Source: Deltaproteobacteria bacterium
GTDB taxonomy: Bacteria > Desulfobacterota > Desulfobacteria > Desulfobacterales > G020354645
NCBI GenBank assembly: GCA_020354645.1
Contig: CP070652.1
Coordinates: forward strand, 190,330-254,329
Length of the DNA stretch: 64,000 bases
Direction of reading: 5' to 3'
Shown: positions 62,281 through 64,000 of the stretch, piece by piece
How positions within the stretch are numbered: the stretch's first letter is position 1
How the letters are laid out: the number at the start of each line of letters is the position of its first letter
The notes under the pieces: generated by a model
Told to the model about the DNA's origin: nothing
What the model saw: only the letters and a program-made list of their open reading frames with translations
Database searches by the model: none
Program-made: the position numbers and the translations under genes

Positions 62281-63501
62281 ATGTATCTCCAATTGGCCTG
62301 GCGCAACATTTGGCGAAATCCCCGACGAACAACGGTCATTTTGCTGGCCATAATTATTGGCGTATGGAGTATGATCTTTGAAAACGCCCTCATGCGGGGG
62401 ATTACGGTGGGGATGATTAAAAATAGCATCGCCACCCTAACCGGGCACATCCAGATCCATCGCCGGGGATATCGGAGTGACCCGGTGATTGAAAACAGCA
62501 TAACCGAGCCTGAAGCAGTCATCGCCGCACTCAAGAGGATTTTGCCACCCGGAACCCAATGGGCCGCTAGAGTCCGGGTTAATGGAATCGCCAGTAATGC
62601 CAGGCATTCCAGCGGTGTTACCCTTGTCGGAATTGATCCGGCTTCCGAAGCTAAGGTTTCGTTTATCGGAGATGCAATTGCCGGTGGACATCAGCTTCAG
62701 CCGGATGACCCCCACGCGATTGTGGTGGGTGAGGCGCTGTTGGACAAATTTGAAACCAAAATCGGTCATAAATTGGTGTTGATGTCCCAGGACACCAATC
62801 AGGAAATTGCCTCCAAGGCTTTCCGCATTGTTGGAACATTCAAGGCAGAAATGCAGTCCACCGAAAAACAATTTGTTTTTATAACCCGTAAAGCCGCTCA
62901 GCAAATGCTGAAACTGCGACAGGGCCTGTCAGAAGTTTCAATCGTTTTACCGGATCAGCAAGAGTCTGGGGTGGCATCACGTTTAAAGGCAATTTTGTCA
63001 CCGAATGGATATGAAGTAAATACATGGAAAGAACTACTTCCCTTCCTCCGGGCGTATCTGAAACTGTTGGATGTTTTCGTATATATTTGGAGCCTTGTGA
63101 TTTTTATCGCCATGGGGTTTGGCATCGTTAACACCACATTAATGGCCGTATTTGAACGGATAAGAGAATTTGGATTGATGAAGGCCCTGGGCATGAAGCC
63201 TTGGTGGATTGTGCGACAGGTTTTGACCGAATCTTTCCTGCTTTTGATAATCGGAATAATTATGGGAAACATCCTGGCATTTTTAACCGTACTGGCGCTA
63301 TCGGATAGCGGCATCGATTTGTCCGCTCTGGCTGCCGGCGCCGAGTTTGCCGGAATGACCCGTGTCATCTACCCGATTGTAAGTATTAAGGATTGGTCAA
63401 TCGCCAATCTGTTAGTCATGGTTCTGGGTCTTCTCATATGCATTTATCCCGCCGCAAAGGCAGCCAAGTTTACGCCGATCGAGGCATTGGCTTATACGTA
63501 A
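62281..63501 (+). CDS. ABC transporter permease, FtsX/MacB/LolC type (second copy)
   Basis: Same architecture and the same N-terminal AWRNIWRNPRRT motif as 60927-62165. Confidence 0.85.
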   Translation: MYLQLAWRNIWRNPRRTTVILLAIIIGVWSMIFENALMRGITVGMIKNSIATLTGHIQIHRRGYRSDPVIENSITEPEAVIAALKRILPPGTQWAARVRVNGIASNARHSSGVTLVGIDPASEAKVSFIGDAIAGGHQLQPDDPHAIVVGEALLDKFETKIGHKLVLMSQDTNQEIASKAFRIVGTFKAEMQSTEKQFVFITRKAAQQMLKLRQGLSEVSIVLPDQQESGVASRLKAILSPNGYEVNTWKELLPFLRAYLKLLDVFVYIWSLVIFIAMGFGIVNTTLMAVFERIREFGLMKALGMKPWWIVRQVLTESFLLLIIGIIMGNILAFLTVLALSDSGIDLSALAAGAEFAGMTRVIYPIVSIKDWSIANLLVMVLGLLICIYPAAKAAKFTPIEALAYT

Positions 63502-63540
63502 TTGTCATTTAAATCTGGGATCGGGGTGTTTTTTTGATTA

Positions 63541-63668
63541 GCTCGCTGCATGGACCGCGATAGCGAGCTTTAACCCCGCAGCTTGCTGCGGGTTAGAGAG
63601 CGAATCGGAAAATGGATAGGATTCCTCTCGGTGAAGCGTACCCTGCAGCGTGCTGCAGGGTACGCTTC
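63541..63668. repeat. Cluster of three REP-like hairpins related to family B
   Basis: GCTCGCT...AGCGAGC (63541-63568). AACCCCGCAGCTTGCTGCGGGTT (63572-63594). A 16-bp perfect stem GAAGCGTACCCTGCAG-CGTG-CTGCAGGGTACGCTTC (63633-63668). Confidence 0.7.
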
Positions 63669-63704
63669 AATCATCAGCGACTGCATCGGATTGGAGGTAT
63701 ATCA

Positions 63705-64000
63705 ATGAAAATTGTGGAATGCATTGAAATAGATAAAACGTATCAGCAGGGAAAAGTTAAGGTTCATGCACTGAGGAACATCAGCATGAACATCGAAAAA
63801 GGGGATTTTGTCGCCTTGGCCGGCCCCTCGGGTTCAGGTAAAACCACCATGCTCAACATCATAGGGGGCCTGGACTCCGCCGATTCCGGCAAAATTATTG
63901 TGGATGGCAATGCATTGAGTGAAATGAACCAAACCCAACTGGCAAATCTTCGTTTACATAACATCGGCTTTGTTTTTCAGGCCTACAATCTAATTCCGGT
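63705..64000 (+). CDS. ABC transporter ATP-binding protein (5' part; continues past right window edge)
   Basis: Translation gives MKIVECIEIDKTYQQGKVKVHALRNISMNIEKGDFVALAGPSGSGKTTMLNIIGGLD... with Walker A GPSGSGKT. GGAGG RBS at 63693-63697. Not in the ORF track because there is no stop inside the window. Confidence 0.9.
   Translation, partial: MKIVECIEIDKTYQQGKVKVHALRNISMNIEKGDFVALAGPSGSGKTTMLNIIGGLDSADSGKIIVDGNALSEMNQTQLANLRLHNIGFVFQAYNLIP

Noticed and set aside
1-64000. Search by eye for tRNA, rRNA, tmRNA, RNase P, transposase, integrase, phage or defence-system genes
   Set aside because: No T-loop-like GGTTCGAATCC-type sequences in intergenic regions, no rRNA-like stretches, and no ORF with recombinase, nuclease, reverse-transcriptase or toxin-antitoxin hallmarks. 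Their absence cannot be proven without proper scans.

Overview
This 64-kb window reads as chromosomal DNA from an anaerobic, probably sulfate-reducing Desulfobacterota-type bacterium. That assignment is an inference from content: Hdr/Dsr-like redox genes, rubrerythrin and pyruvate phosphate dikinase. I saw no rRNA, tRNA, CRISPR array, transposase or integrase.

Contents from left to right:
1. An hdr-like redox operon on the minus strand. It holds a membrane NarI-like/HdrC-like fusion, an HdrB-like CCG protein and HdrA. The hdrA reading frame contains an in-frame TGA at a conserved Cys position, which I read as likely selenocysteine. The ORF track misses this gene.
2. miaA, then a PilZ / cNMP-binding / Ser-Thr-kinase-like fusion whose catalytic motifs are degenerate, then ppdK.
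3. Envelope and peptidase genes: M48, Slp, ChaN-like and M1. These are followed by two Zn-ribbon Nudix genes and rubrerythrin.
4. A roughly 23-kb catabolic island at about 21.7-45.2 kb. It has a TRAP transporter with two binding proteins and two DoeA/EutD-like M24 hydrolases plus one decayed relic. It also has EutB-like and EutC-like enzymes, a racemase-superfamily protein, an M20 amidohydrolase, two aminotransferases and an arginase-family hydrolase. Regulation and redox parts are an IclR regulator and a NadB/FrdA-like flavoprotein with a truncated 2Fe-2S partner and RidA. I read this as an ectoine/hydroxyectoine-like (cyclic amidine or amino-acid) degradation system with non-canonical, possibly anaerobic, redox components.
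5. Peptidases and two alpha/beta hydrolases.
6. A four-gene operon resembling bacterial ceramide synthesis (Spt, bCerS-like, CerR-like), followed by a sphingomyelin-synthase/Aur1-like PAP2 protein.
7. A DUF2089/SHOCT module.
8. A TetR-regulated LolA-like/FtsX ABC exporter that runs off the right edge.

At least three related families of long-hairpin MITE/REP-like repeats lie between these genes, with no cognate transposase in the window. One sits inside the hdr operon. Two bracket the slp gene as direct repeats. One sits next to the gene relics in the catabolic island.

All functional calls come from motif and family recognition by eye. No database search was run.
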